Part shown: one piece after another, positions 1 through 9,216 of the stretch | How positions within the stretch are numbered: the first letter of the stretch is position 1 | Layout: every line of letters begins with the position of its first letter | Virus record (IMG/VR): IMGVR_UViG_3300046513_000348 | Coordinates: 62,001-126,000 of that record | Length of the DNA stretch: 64,000 nucleotides | Reading direction: 5' to 3' (one strand) | Program-made: the position numbers and the translations under genes | The notes under the pieces: generated by a model | Databases searched by the model: none | The model's input: the letters and a program-made list of their open reading frames with translations, nothing else | Told to the model about the DNA's origin: nothing

Positions 1-2054
1 GATTCGCGAACGATCTTGCGTGCATTCGAACCAGCCAGTATCTCGTCAGGGATACCGGAGATTTGAACGATGCTCACTGGAACGTAAAGAGTCGTAAGGA
101 TCTTGCGACCAATCCTTTCCATTTCGGTTTTGATGTCTTCAACAAGACGTTGGTCCTTGATCTGTTCGAGCCAAGTCGCAAACTCAGTCACGTTGTTAAC
201 TTCAAGCGAAACCTTCAGCATGGTGTAAGGAGGCTCATCAACCATTCCGTAGACTTTGCCGAATGTACGATTCCAGAACAGATGGTTCCAGTACGGGGTA
301 CGATCCTCGTCCTGAACCTTGTAGGCCTTTGCAGGCTTCAAGTGAGCCATCTTGAAGTACTCGGTCTTGCCGGATTTCACATCGCTGTAGATTCCGTTTT
401 CCTTCTCGGCGATGGTGTCGATCAGATCGTTCAGGTAGATATCCTTCCCGGCCACTATGTCTTTCATCTGGTCGAGCAGGAACTTCTTCACATTCTTCAC
501 GATATCACCAGGCGTAGCTGAGGAGATCATGTTCGCACCCTTCAGTTCCAGTTCCGGCTTCTTAAAGACGTTACCTTCCTGAGCAGATTTCATTGCCCAG
601 TAGTGCTTTGCCATCAAGGTTGGGACGAAGATGTCGAACTTGTACTCGTTCTTCATCTGCACGTCGAACAGACGATCGCGATGGACGCCATAGTTCGCGC
701 TCATCTTGGCATGCAGGTGCGAGGAGGTCTGTGCTGCGAGATAAACTACAACGTCAGACGTCGAGTTCATTTCGTCAGTGAAACCAATCGTACCGTAAAT
801 GCGCTGAACCCATTCCTGTACGGTGAACAGAGTCGAGTCAGTATCGCCACCCAGCACGGAACGACGGACCGAGGTCGGGAAGTTACCGGTGGATGCTGGC
901 ATGTTGTCGCTGAGCCAGAATGCATTGATGATCGGCTGTACGCCAACGAGGACGTCGTTGATGTTCTTGGCCACATGCGCCAGAATGCCGTAGTTGCGTT
1001 CGTCGGTCTTGCGAATCTCTTTCGGCTTCATGCCTTTCGAGAAAGAACGGCACAGCTGACGAGCCAGATTGAGCGTATCTTCCGAAACAGCTTTCAGAAC
1101 GAAGTCGGCTTCTTCAACTGGTAGGGATTCACTCGGAATCCAAATCAGACGACCAAGCAGATCCGAAACGAATTGCTTGTTGTGCTTGTACAGATGGTAG
1201 AAATCACCAACGTACACAAATGCCGCACGTTCCAGCGGAGACATCTTCGAGATGAACTCGTACACCGGACCCATCATCTTGTTCGACTGGAAGTACAGCT
1301 GCCTGGACCGCTCGATACATTCCAATACTTCGTCGGATGTCGGATAAGCCAGGCCGTAGATCCGCATTGCGGTTTCGACCTTTTCCATGTCGGTGATTTG
1401 CGAGATCGACACCAGGTTGTTCAGGATGGTATCGACGTCCATGTAATGGCGATTGCCTTCGATGAACTTCTCGTTGTTGGCGTTACCGTACGCCGTGGTA
1501 TTGCGGCAGTTCGTCGTGAGGGACGAGTGCGAGGTCGGATTGAACAGGCAGGTCGACGGAGTCAGCGATGCGCCCGACAGCGAGTTGTTGGTGGTCTTCT
1601 TGTTATTCTGTTCGAGGTTCTTAAAGATGTACAGAACATCGTCACCAGCATTCTTCGCATCGAACATCTGACCCTTACTAATGTCTCGGCCCACGATGTT
1701 GTCCATGGTGTACAGGGACAGAAGCGATTGTCGCACATCTGGCGAGCAGTAAGAGGTGAAGGTCGGTGACATGGATTCGTCGTTAGCGATCACGTCCGAC
1801 AGGTATTTCGACATCGTAGTTTCTTCGAGACGGCGGTCTTCGAAGTTGCTGCGATGCAGGAAGCGAACCTTCGGGTCATGGAATTCAAACAGACCACCCG
1901 GGCGTAGGTTTTGGATAACGAACTCGCGAGCTTCTTCCAGCGAGATGTTCTTGGTTTTGTGGAGATAGAAAGATGCCTGGTCAACGTAACCATTGAGCAT
2001 CTTCGTATCTCGATGGTATTCGCTTTTCTCTTTACGGAATACAACTGTTTGCAT
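1..2054 (-). CDS. Family B DNA polymerase, polymerase-domain half (phiKZ gp50-like); 3' end lies beyond the window start
   Basis: Absent from the ORF track. Manual translation from ATG 2054 gives MQTVVFRKEKSEYHRD...; motif B-like KKTTNNSLSG; motif C VLGGDTDSTLF near 830-870; synteny with PhuZ as in phiKZ. Confidence 0.9.
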   Translation of the reverse strand, partial: MQTVVFRKEKSEYHRDTKMLNGYVDQASFYLHKTKNISLEEAREFVIQNLRPGGLFEFHDPKVRFLHRSNFEDRRLEETTMSKYLSDVIANDESMSPTFTSYCSPDVRQSLLSLYTMDNIVGRDISKGQMFDAKNAGDDVLYIFKNLEQNNKKTTNNSLSGASLTPSTCLFNPTSHSSLTTNCRNTTAYGNANNEKFIEGNRHYMDVDTILNNLVSISQITDMEKVETAMRIYGLAYPTSDEVLECIERSRQLYFQSNKMMGPVYEFISKMSPLERAAFVYVGDFYHLYKHNKQFVSDLLGRLIWIPSESLPVEEADFVLKAVSEDTLNLARQLCRSFSKGMKPKEIRKTDERNYGILAHVAKNINDVLVGVQPIINAFWLSDNMPASTGNFPTSVRRSVLGGDTDSTLFTVQEWVQRIYGTIGFTDEMNSTSDVVVYLAAQTSSHLHAKMSANYGVHRDRLFDVQMKNEYKFDIFVPTLMAKHYWAMKSAQEGNVFKKPELELKGANMISSATPGDIVKNVKKFLLDQMKDIVAGKDIYLNDLIDTIAEKENGIYSDVKSGKTEYFKMAHLKPAKAYKVQDEDRTPYWNHLFWNRTFGKVYGMVDEPPYTMLKVSLEVNNVTEFATWLEQIKDQRLVEDIKTEMERIGRKILTTLYVPVSIVQISGIPDEILAGSNARKIVRE

Positions 2055-2080
2055 AAATTCCGACTTCCTAAAGTTTACGG

Positions 2081-2132
2081 CATAAAGAATGAAAATCCCC
2101 TTAGAGCAATCCGAAGATCTCTCTAAGGGGAT
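2081..2132 (-). terminator. Hairpin terminator with TATG foot
   Basis: atccccttagag...ctctaaggggat, preceded on + by CATA at 2081. Confidence 0.65.
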
Positions 2133-2169
2133 CGGATCAAAGCAGTAGGGTAGCCAACAAAAAAATATG

Positions 2170-2586
2170 TTAGCTGCCGAACTTGATCTCGACGTCGACG
2201 AAACCCGCCTGCGTGAACATGTCGCGCAAACGGATCAGGTCGCTGGTACTTGCATTCGGAACCGTGCAGATGGCGGCGCCAACTGCAACTTCACGAATCG
2301 ACGCTTGATCGATCCAGGGTTCACCCAGCATCGTTATCGAGCCGTCGGGCTTCTTGATACGATACCAGTTGTATTGACGTGGGTCATTGGGCGTACCAGC
2401 CGGCAGACGACCCGTCGAGAAGACTTCAGCATGCACGGGAGCGAGGTCGCCTTGCAGCACGATAGCCGTTTCGAACGGGAAGTAACCGAGGATTTCGATA
2501 CGCTTGAATCCGGTGCCTAAGACATTCGGGGCGTACACCTCGAAGTCATAGGTCTTTTTATTTTCCATCTGAGCCATTGCAGTCAC
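2170..2586 (-). CDS. Conserved phiKZ-like hypothetical protein, immediately upstream of DNA polymerase
   Basis: 138-aa ORF with good codon usage in the PhuZ-polymerase run. Confidence 0.75.
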   Translation of the reverse strand: MTAMAQMENKKTYDFEVYAPNVLGTGFKRIEILGYFPFETAIVLQGDLAPVHAEVFSTGRLPAGTPNDPRQYNWYRIKKPDGSITMLGEPWIDQASIREVAVGAAICTVPNASTSDLIRLRDMFTQAGFVDVEIKFGS

Positions 2587-2587
2587 C

Positions 2588-2965
2588 TTAGTAGGATGTT
2601 TCGAACTTCTTCACCACAATAGATCTGTTTTTACGGTTGTGCTCAGGACGATATTCGAAACCGTCCTCTGCGTAAATGCCATGACCGCGAAGGATATCGG
2701 CAATAAAGCGCAAGAGTACAAAAAAAGATTCCACGAACAACTTGTAGAATCTTGGATCGGGCTCGAGTTCATCACGATAGAAATTCCCCAGGCGTGACAG
2801 CTGGGGTTCATCGCGACAATCTTCGAGCTCGTAAATGAGGACGTCGAAAACTTGGTTAACGACTTCCTCTAAAACGTATTCAGGAATGCGACTGACCTTG
2901 TGCGAGAGGGCATGCGAGAAATTTCGCAGCGGCTCACGCAGGTCGATAATTACCCGCTCAGACAT
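2588..2965 (-). CDS. Hypothetical protein (possible paralog-array member)
   Basis: 125 aa, tightly packed with neighbours. Confidence 0.75.
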   Translation of the reverse strand: MSERVIIDLREPLRNFSHALSHKVSRIPEYVLEEVVNQVFDVLIYELEDCRDEPQLSRLGNFYRDELEPDPRFYKLFVESFFVLLRFIADILRGHGIYAEDGFEYRPEHNRKNRSIVVKKFETSY

Positions 2966-3381
2966 GCCCTTTCTTCCATTTCATTAACATAAGGTTCCCC
3001 GGCAGCGAGGACACTGATTACCATGTTCATATTTACTAAGCCCTCGAATTGCATTGCGGTTGGAATCCTGCCGAGGATTTCCAGTTCTTTTAAATAGCCG
3101 ACCAAGTCGACGCAGAAGTCATAAGCGGTTTGTGCTGCCCCGTCTGCTTCGTCTTCATAGATCAACCCCCTGCTAACCAGGTCCAGCGACATCACGAGAG
3201 TGTTCTCGTAAAGCTCGAAGAACTGGTTCTGATTGTTGTGATCATCATAGGCCAACGACATGGACATCATGATCATCGACTGCATGAGATCTTTTTGATA
3301 TTCTTCAGTCTGCCCGGCCGCAGAGAAGAAACTCATCCAAGTCTGAATCTTATCCTTGGTTGGAACAATGAATTTTTTCAT
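2950..3381 (-). CDS. Hypothetical acidic protein (possible paralog-array member)
   Basis: 143 aa, overlaps the next gene. Confidence 0.75.
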   Translation of the reverse strand: MKKFIVPTKDKIQTWMSFFSAAGQTEEYQKDLMQSMIMMSMSLAYDDHNNQNQFFELYENTLVMSLDLVSRGLIYEDEADGAAQTAYDFCVDLVGYLKELEILGRIPTAMQFEGLVNMNMVISVLAAGEPYVNEMEERACLSG

Positions 3382-3439
3382 GGTGTAAACAATTCGTCGA
3401 AAGCTGTCTCATAACCATTGCCGGGTGAACGATTGAAAT

Positions 3440-3799
3440 TTACTCGTATACCTCGAACTTAAGAGACATGCTCGTCGTGTGCTTTATCAAATATCGGAAG
3501 TGCAAGTGGTAGGGAGTTCTACCCGTTTGGTGTATCTCCCAGACAATCTTTCCACGCACGTCCAATAAGAACCTAAACAGCCGAGCTTTTTGTTCGTCGG
3601 TATACGGCTCGTGGTGACCCTGATACCAGGCATCACCATAGACCATGTCACGAATGTGAGTCTGATCTCGAGCGCTTCCATTGATCCCGCTACATAAACA
3701 ATCCAGGGCATCATCATAATCAACGATCCCGAATTCCAACGTAAAGAACCGACGAAACATTTTCAAAAGCGGGATTTTGTTGATGATGAGGATTGCCAT
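3440..3799 (-). CDS. Hypothetical protein (possible paralog-array member)
   Basis: 119 aa, 1 nt from the upstream gene. Confidence 0.7.
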   Translation of the reverse strand: MAILIINKIPLLKMFRRFFTLEFGIVDYDDALDCLCSGINGSARDQTHIRDMVYGDAWYQGHHEPYTDEQKARLFRFLLDVRGKIVWEIHQTGRTPYHLHFRYLIKHTTSMSLKFEVYE

Positions 3800-3800
3800 T

Positions 3801-4232
3801 TTAGAAGGATACTTCCATTGCCAAAGCTTTTGCAGGAGTCCAGTTCATGGACTTAGCACTGATTGCCAGATCACCATGCGTATCGTACAGCATGTGCATT
3901 ACGCGATAGACGAACGTATCGATCGCTTGTGCCGCATGGGCCAGGTTCATCACCTTGTAACTATCGGCAGACATGCCGTTGATCCAGGAACCAGAGATAC
4001 GCGCCATGGCGTCCTCTTCTTTACGGTTCCAGTTGTCCATTGCATACATCAGATCGTTCATGATGTAACGATGGCGTGTTTCCGCATCCATCTCGCGCTG
4101 AGTTGCGAGTACGCATGATTCGATAAAACCGTAGACCTCGCCCGGGTAGAAGTAAAAGTCCTCAGCCTTCGTTCCCAGCGCCTGGAAAACAGGTTTGAAG
4201 TCTACGATGTATTTACTAGAAGAAATAGCCAC
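3801..4232 (-). CDS. Hypothetical protein (possible paralog-array member)
   Basis: 143 aa, GTG start with GAGGA Shine-Dalgarno. Confidence 0.75.
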   Translation of the reverse strand: MAISSSKYIVDFKPVFQALGTKAEDFYFYPGEVYGFIESCVLATQREMDAETRHRYIMNDLMYAMDNWNRKEEDAMARISGSWINGMSADSYKVMNLAHAAQAIDTFVYRVMHMLYDTHGDLAISAKSMNWTPAKALAMEVSF

Positions 4233-4638
4233 GTTGGTCCTCGTAATTAGGCGGAACGTCGATTATGAGATCCATTTTGTTGAATAGGTAGAAGTGTCGA
4301 GGCAGTTCAGCAGCAATCTTCGGAAAGTGGCCAAGGATCACTTGCGAGATCCGATGCTCCAGTTCCTCCAGGACGTATTCTGCTTCCCGGTTAACCATGC
4401 AATCCAGGTTAAGAAGTTTGTATTGCTCTTCCTCGTCATACTCCTCGTCACCGAAGAACTTGTCGACCAAAGCCGTCATGATATCGCTGACATTGGTACT
4501 TGTATACGTCTTGCCCTTTTCACATGCTCGACGTATGTACCAGTTCGCTACGTTGCGAAGACTTATTACGTGATTCCCACCGCGGTAAGGCGGTTCCGGA
4601 TAAATACTACCACGATCAAATGTCTTCATGGCGAGCAT
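4216..4638 (-). CDS. Hypothetical protein (possible paralog-array member)
   Basis: 140 aa, overlaps both neighbours. Confidence 0.7.
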   Translation of the reverse strand: MLAMKTFDRGSIYPEPPYRGGNHVISLRNVANWYIRRACEKGKTYTSTNVSDIMTALVDKFFGDEEYDEEEQYKLLNLDCMVNREAEYVLEELEHRISQVILGHFPKIAAELPRHFYLFNKMDLIIDVPPNYEDQRGYFF

Positions 4639-5239
4639 CGATTTTCGCCTGTTCGTTCTTTGTCCACTGGATGACCCGCCAGTCGTCGAATTCTTCCAGC
4701 CAGAATACCCGACCGTCTTTCGAGTTGGTGAGATCGTGAAGCACGAACTGGTTAGGGTTCATGAGGTTCTTCATGAGGTCGGCGATATCTTTCAGCAAGC
4801 TGACGATGCGGACAGCTGCCTTCTTCGATTCCTCGGTGTACGCCTTTTTGTCGATGCGTTCGATCACACGCGGATCCAGATCGAAATCCAGTTCGTAGCG
4901 GATCTGATCGCGAAGACGAGCATCGATGTCGAAACCGAAGATCTTCTTCAGTTCGATGATGCTGAGAATCACATCGGCATCTTCTCCGTACACCCAGGCA
5001 CGACGACCAGAGATGATGGCGGTCATGATGGTACGAATGGAAGACTTGGCCAGATGTTCGAGAGCCCGGTTGGTCAGGTTCTCTTCCTTGATCGCTTCGA
5101 GCGTTTCAAGGATGTCCATCATCGCCATCACGTAAGGGCGCGGGTCAATGATGGTGACCTTTCTTGGTTTGTCAGATATCACGGATGTATCCATCCAATT
5201 CTGTTTGTCCGAAGACTTGGTAAACTCGGCTTCTTTCAC
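4616..5239 (-). CDS. Hypothetical protein
   Basis: 207 aa, AAGGA Shine-Dalgarno, strong codon bias. Confidence 0.75.
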   Translation of the reverse strand: MKEAEFTKSSDKQNWMDTSVISDKPRKVTIIDPRPYVMAMMDILETLEAIKEENLTNRALEHLAKSSIRTIMTAIISGRRAWVYGEDADVILSIIELKKIFGFDIDARLRDQIRYELDFDLDPRVIERIDKKAYTEESKKAAVRIVSLLKDIADLMKNLMNPNQFVLHDLTNSKDGRVFWLEEFDDWRVIQWTKNEQAKIDARHEDI

Positions 5240-5380
5240 CAGACTGTTTCCTTTTAAAATAAATGCCCCAAATCTTCGTTAAAAAGACCCGTAGTGCATT
5301 TGATTAGTGTCCGATATAAGAATATACTTGTAGAATCATAAACGCCTCAAAACGCCGTTTTGCCAAGATAAATTTTGACA

Positions 5381-5423
5381 GCATAAAAAATGCAATCCAG
5401 GAACCCGAAGGTCCCTGGATGCA
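5381..5423 (-). terminator. Terminator after phuZ
   Basis: tgcaatccaggaacc-cgaa-ggtccctggatgca (UUCG loop on minus) followed by TTTTTTATGC on minus. Confidence 0.8.
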
Positions 5424-5433
5424 CAGCTGGATA

Positions 5434-6474
5434 TTACTCGTCGAAGACCAGGCCGTTGGCAGCGACCTTTTCTTTACCGGTGGTCAGCTTGTTGCGAACC
5501 ACGCGGCTGTCGGCTTTCAGTGCGAACTCGTCACGTTGCTTGCGCAGGTTGCGCATGACGATGTCGACAAAGCCGTCGGTGATGGCGTAGTGCAGCGGGA
5601 ACTTGAGGTCCTTCTGCTCTTCGTTGACGTACATCGGAACGCCGACACGCTGGAACTCGACCGGCTGCGAAACACGGGTGTTGTTCAGCGAGTCGTTCAG
5701 GGTTGCCAGCGAGATGATCGAACGGTCACCGATTTCCAGTTTGCCTTGCTGGATGTGCAGGACCGCGACTTGCGGACCGTACGAGGTGACGCCCTTGCGG
5801 GAGAAGTCCAGGACGTTGGCGATGTCACGCGAGTCCAGGTTCTTGTTCTGGCCGGACAGCAGGACTGCCAGGCACGAGATGTCCAGCTGGATCTTGCGGT
5901 CGACGTCTTCGATGGTGCCGTCCAGACCGTTCTGCAGGTAACGCAGGACAACCGGCCGCTCGCGCAGTTCGGCCATGCTGCCGTAGCCGGACAGGACGCT
6001 GATCGTGTTCTTGATGTAGTTCAGGGTGTCGTCGCCGCCGACGGTGAAGACGATGACGTTCTGGCCCATTGCCAGCAGTTCGGAAACGATCGACGGACCC
6101 ATGACGGAACCAGAGCCGCCGGTGGTCGAGTGGACGACGATGTTCCACTTCTTCGGTTTGAAGCGCTGCAGGATCTCGCGGGTGTACTCGATGATGGTCG
6201 AGCCGTGTTCCGAGCGGACGCCGCCGGAGCCGTCGGCGGTTTCGCCGGGTTCTTTTTCGAGGTGGTAGAAGTGCTGTTCCGGCACACCGAAGGTAGATGC
6301 TTTGGAGGTGTCCAGGTATACCGGGTGCAGGGAGGCGTAGCCGGGGATGCGTTTCGCGCGATCGGCTTCGAAGTATTTCGTGATACCGATGCCAGCGCCA
6401 CCGGTACCGTAAATAGCGATCTCATCGAATTCGACGGTATCGATGTCTTTTTCTTGGGCATTCAGTTGCGACAT
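5434..6474 (-). CDS. phuZ: Phage tubulin PhuZ (spindle protein)
   Basis: YGTGGAG nucleotide loop, YLDTS, tubulin signature HSTTGGSGS, LDSRDIAN T7-like loop, GLVFDE C-terminal tail; strong codon bias. Confidence 0.93.
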   Translation of the reverse strand: MSQLNAQEKDIDTVEFDEIAIYGTGGAGIGITKYFEADRAKRIPGYASLHPVYLDTSKASTFGVPEQHFYHLEKEPGETADGSGGVRSEHGSTIIEYTREILQRFKPKKWNIVVHSTTGGSGSVMGPSIVSELLAMGQNVIVFTVGGDDTLNYIKNTISVLSGYGSMAELRERPVVLRYLQNGLDGTIEDVDRKIQLDISCLAVLLSGQNKNLDSRDIANVLDFSRKGVTSYGPQVAVLHIQQGKLEIGDRSIISLATLNDSLNNTRVSQPVEFQRVGVPMYVNEEQKDLKFPLHYAITDGFVDIVMRNLRKQRDEFALKADSRVVRNKLTTGKEKVAANGLVFDE

Positions 6475-6533
6475 TAAAATCTCCAGATTGTAAAAGATGA
6501 CGTTGGCATTGAACCTATTCCAATGCTACATCC

Positions 6534-7175
6534 TCATGGTAATATATCTACGAAAAAATATCGAGTTCGATAACTTGAACCCGGATGCTTGCGGTCTCGG
6601 AATCGACTCCGCAGTGCTCCATAGGAAATCCCTAGAGCTTTGGCAGCATCGATCATTGACGGGTAGATAGTTCCGTCGATTGAGACTGGTATCTTCCTTG
6701 CTTCCCAGGCGGCTTTGATTTTGCCTGAGTCTGCAACTCGTTTACCGATCTTACTTTGCCTGAGCTTACTTTCTTCGCTGACTTGCCGTCCGTGCCCATT
6801 CACCTTTGCATTGGTGAAGACGTTAATCAGTTTGCCAGAATCCTTAAAGAGGTCGAGAAGTTTCTGCTCTTCCTTGTAAGCCTCTTCGCGGTCCTTCACT
6901 TTATAAAAGCTCACTCGCAAGTTTTTATTTTCGTGGCGGTCGTAAAGTTCTTGGAAAGTTTTGGTTGGGTATTTCCCGGCGATCAGTTTATTCCGATGCC
7001 AGGCAATTCGAACGTACAGATTGTTCGTGCTTCCCACATAAAGCATGTCGCTTGCTTCATGGTAGATGATGTACATAGCTGCAAAGCTATGTACCTTTCG
7101 TTGTAGTCGAGCGTGTCCTTTGCGGATCGCTTCTAGAGCAGTTTGCCAGTTGTCATAAGTCTGTTTCGTTTCCAT
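6534..7175 (-). mobile_element. Free-standing GIY-YIG homing endonuclease (Seg-like) with C-terminal NUMOD/HTH DNA-binding domain
   Basis: AMYIIY...LYVGSTNNLYVR.....H, E and N catalytic positions (EEQKLL, KLIN), C-terminal IDGTIYPSMIDAAKALGISYGALRSR; lower GC than neighbours. Confidence 0.85.
6539..6565 (-). promoter_or_regulatory. Putative early (vRNAP) promoter for phuZ
   Basis: Minus strand ...GATATATTAC, containing the phiKZ early consensus TATATTAC, about 65 nt upstream of the phuZ ATG. Confidence 0.6.
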
Positions 7176-7222
7176 AACTTGTACCAGAAAAATATCACTA
7201 ACCTTTGGTTGTGATCATCTTA

Positions 7223-7249
7223 ATGATATATTCTTAACCTTATTTAAAA
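7223..7249 (-). promoter_or_regulatory. Putative early promoter
   Basis: ttttaaataaggttaagaatatatcat aligns ungapped with the 10935 and 50152 sites. Confidence 0.55.
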
Positions 7250-7262
7250 GAGGACTTTCCCC

Positions 7263-8075
7263 ATGCATGCTGGTGGTGCAGTTGAGAAGGCTCTGAGTGA
7301 AATCAAATACCAGATTCCGGAAGAGATCTTGGATTTGGTCTTCATTAAGAAAGCCTATACCTACCGCGACAGGCCTACCAACCTGGATCGCGAAATCATC
7401 AAAAAGGTTATCGGTCCCCGTGTCATGGTGGACTGCAACCTGTTGGGTGGCGTGGACTACATTGTCCCGCTGCTTGACATCTATCGCGAAACCACTGAAG
7501 AGTGGATGGCGATTTACCGGATCCCGAAAGAGTTCACGGACAATCGAAGCATCATGTCGATCCTCGGTATCATGTACATCAACCCTTACATGGTCTCGGC
7601 TCCTGCCGGTCAGAACGTACAAGGCTGGTCGCATGTGATGGCAACTTCCCAGGCCGTCCTGGATGCGATGTCGCCTATCCCGAACTTCACTTCTTCGGAA
7701 GTATCGCTGGAAGGTGAGAACACGATCCTCGTTCGCGATGCCCGTGTACTGCCGCAGTTCAGCTATGCTCGATGCATTCTGTCGTACGACGAGTACATGA
7801 GCAACATCAATCCTCGCTCGTATATAGCTTTCTCGAAGATGTGCGTACTTGCAGTCAAGTCGTTCATCTGGAAGAACCGCGTCATTCCAATGGACAAAGG
7901 CGAAATGACCGCTGGCGTTACGCTGGGTGCGATCAAGGAAGTCATCGACGAATACCGCGATGCGGAAGAACAATACCAGGACTATCGCATGAACACGATG
8001 CGTAAAGTTCTGATGATGAATGACGATGTGCAGAAGCGTCGTCTCATTACCCGCATCGTTGGCGGCTACCGATAG
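7263..8075 (+). CDS. Conserved phiKZ-like hypothetical protein
   Basis: 270 aa, GAGGA Shine-Dalgarno, phage-typical codon usage, followed by a terminator. Confidence 0.8.
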   Translation: MHAGGAVEKALSEIKYQIPEEILDLVFIKKAYTYRDRPTNLDREIIKKVIGPRVMVDCNLLGGVDYIVPLLDIYRETTEEWMAIYRIPKEFTDNRSIMSILGIMYINPYMVSAPAGQNVQGWSHVMATSQAVLDAMSPIPNFTSSEVSLEGENTILVRDARVLPQFSYARCILSYDEYMSNINPRSYIAFSKMCVLAVKSFIWKNRVIPMDKGEMTAGVTLGAIKEVIDEYRDAEEQYQDYRMNTMRKVLMMNDDVQKRRLITRIVGGYR

Positions 8076-8085
8076 CAAACAAAAG

Positions 8086-8118
8086 TATACTCCAGGCCGC
8101 AAGGCCTGGAGTATATGC
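8086..8118. terminator. Bidirectional hairpin, family 1
   Basis: tatactccaggcc-gcaa-ggcctggagtata plus TATGC, between convergent genes. Confidence 0.8.
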
Positions 8119-8126
8119 CGCATGCT

Positions 8127-8897
8127 TTATTGAAACTGACCTGGGTTGGCGTAAGGTGCCGGATAAACAGAGAAGTCTCCGTTGTATCGACCAACGCCTT
8201 TAGTTATGCGAACCTCATCAACGTAGCCGTTCATGATGTAATTCCACTGGGTATCAGTAAGAAGTCGACCCAAACGTAGGGGGCCGCCAGATGTAACTGT
8301 CTTTCCAGTCGAGAAGCTGTTCATCGTCAGAGGTAGGCTTTTGCCATTGACTAGCAAATAGAACGAGTTTCCGACTCGACTCACTGCGACGTGATACCAT
8401 TTGCCGATCTTAATTGACCCGGCAGCGGTTTTGAGGGTAAAAGCATTGGAACCATCTTGCCAGGCATTGTCGAAAACAAGAGTTCCATCATTCGAAACGA
8501 AAAGCGCCCATGCAGCAACGCCACCGGTGCTACCGCTGGTACCGCTTCCAGTAATGAAACAATTTTGCCCATATTGGGAATTTAGGGCTACGAAGTAAAC
8601 ATACGCCTCGATCGTGAAATCACCGGTACCAAAGCTATAGCCGGGTCGATTGATGCCATACGCATAACCGCCGCTTCCGTCGAAGTATGCACTGGTCGGA
8701 CCAAAACGTTTCTGAGCCGAACTCAACATCGCTGGACTAACGACGTTGAGCTGATAGGAATTTATGGTGTCGACGAATGCGGAAGATCCGCCGGCGGTAT
8801 CCATGTGCATCAACAAACTGACATTGCTGATGTATGGGTCAGCGATCGGCGGGTATTCAACGTTTCCGTTTCTCCGGCCCATTAAGATTTCATGCAT
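8127..8897 (-). CDS. LamG/concanavalin A-like lectin-fold protein (possible virion decoration or adhesin)
   Basis: VSLLMHMD, FGTGDFTIEAYVY, WYHVAVSR, YLLVNG, GYVDEVRITKG. Confidence 0.85.
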   Translation of the reverse strand: MHEILMGRRNGNVEYPPIADPYISNVSLLMHMDTAGGSSAFVDTINSYQLNVVSPAMLSSAQKRFGPTSAYFDGSGGYAYGINRPGYSFGTGDFTIEAYVYFVALNSQYGQNCFITGSGTSGSTGGVAAWALFVSNDGTLVFDNAWQDGSNAFTLKTAAGSIKIGKWYHVAVSRVGNSFYLLVNGKSLPLTMNSFSTGKTVTSGGPLRLGRLLTDTQWNYIMNGYVDEVRITKGVGRYNGDFSVYPAPYANPGQFQ

Positions 8898-8949
8898 AAG
8901 TCACCTTAAGAGTATTGTGTTATTTTTTACATAGAATCTCCGGCAAAAC

Positions 8950-8979
8950 CATACACTCCTGGCGTTTGCCAGGAGTGTA
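8950..8979 (-). terminator. Hairpin, family 1
   Basis: tacactcctggc-gttt-gccaggagtgta with CATA at 8950. Confidence 0.75.
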
Positions 8980-8981
8980 GT

Positions 8982-9125
8982 TTAATGCATGCCATCGTAA
9001 AGCCAGGCAACCACTTTGGCCATCCAGCGGAATCGATAAGGTCCGAAAACCTCAGTCAGCTTTCCCCAGTAAACTTTTGCTACCCAGCGCTTTCCTTCTT
9101 TCACTACTTCCGTACGTGTCACCAT
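8982..9125 (-). CDS. Small basic, Trp-rich hypothetical protein (47 aa)
   Basis: Below the ORF-track cutoff. GGAGAG Shine-Dalgarno then MVTRTEVVKEGKRWVAKVYWGKLTEVFGPYRFRWMAKVVAWLYDGMH*; bounded by hairpins. Confidence 0.65.
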   Translation of the reverse strand: MVTRTEVVKEGKRWVAKVYWGKLTEVFGPYRFRWMAKVVAWLYDGMH

Positions 9126-9147
9126 TGTTCTCTCCAATGCAAAAAAA

Positions 9148-9201
9148 ATACCAGGAGTGAACCTGGTATTAAAAGACTCCCGGTGATCGGGACGGGAGTC
9201 T
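9148..9201 (-). terminator. Tandem hairpins followed by a U-tract on minus
   Basis: aataccagg/cctggtatt and gactcccg/cgggagtc. Confidence 0.6.
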
Positions 9202-9216
9202 GGGCCCTGCTGATTC

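Noticed and set aside
63-2126. Plus-strand ORFs listed in the track at the window start
   Set aside because: They are antisense to the DNA polymerase, which the track missed because its stop codon lies outside the window
5319-5345. Early promoter candidate GTATATTCT upstream of 5239
   Set aside because: Spacing to the upstream TTTA element is 2 nt off the other sites and the core is degenerate; plausible but unsupported
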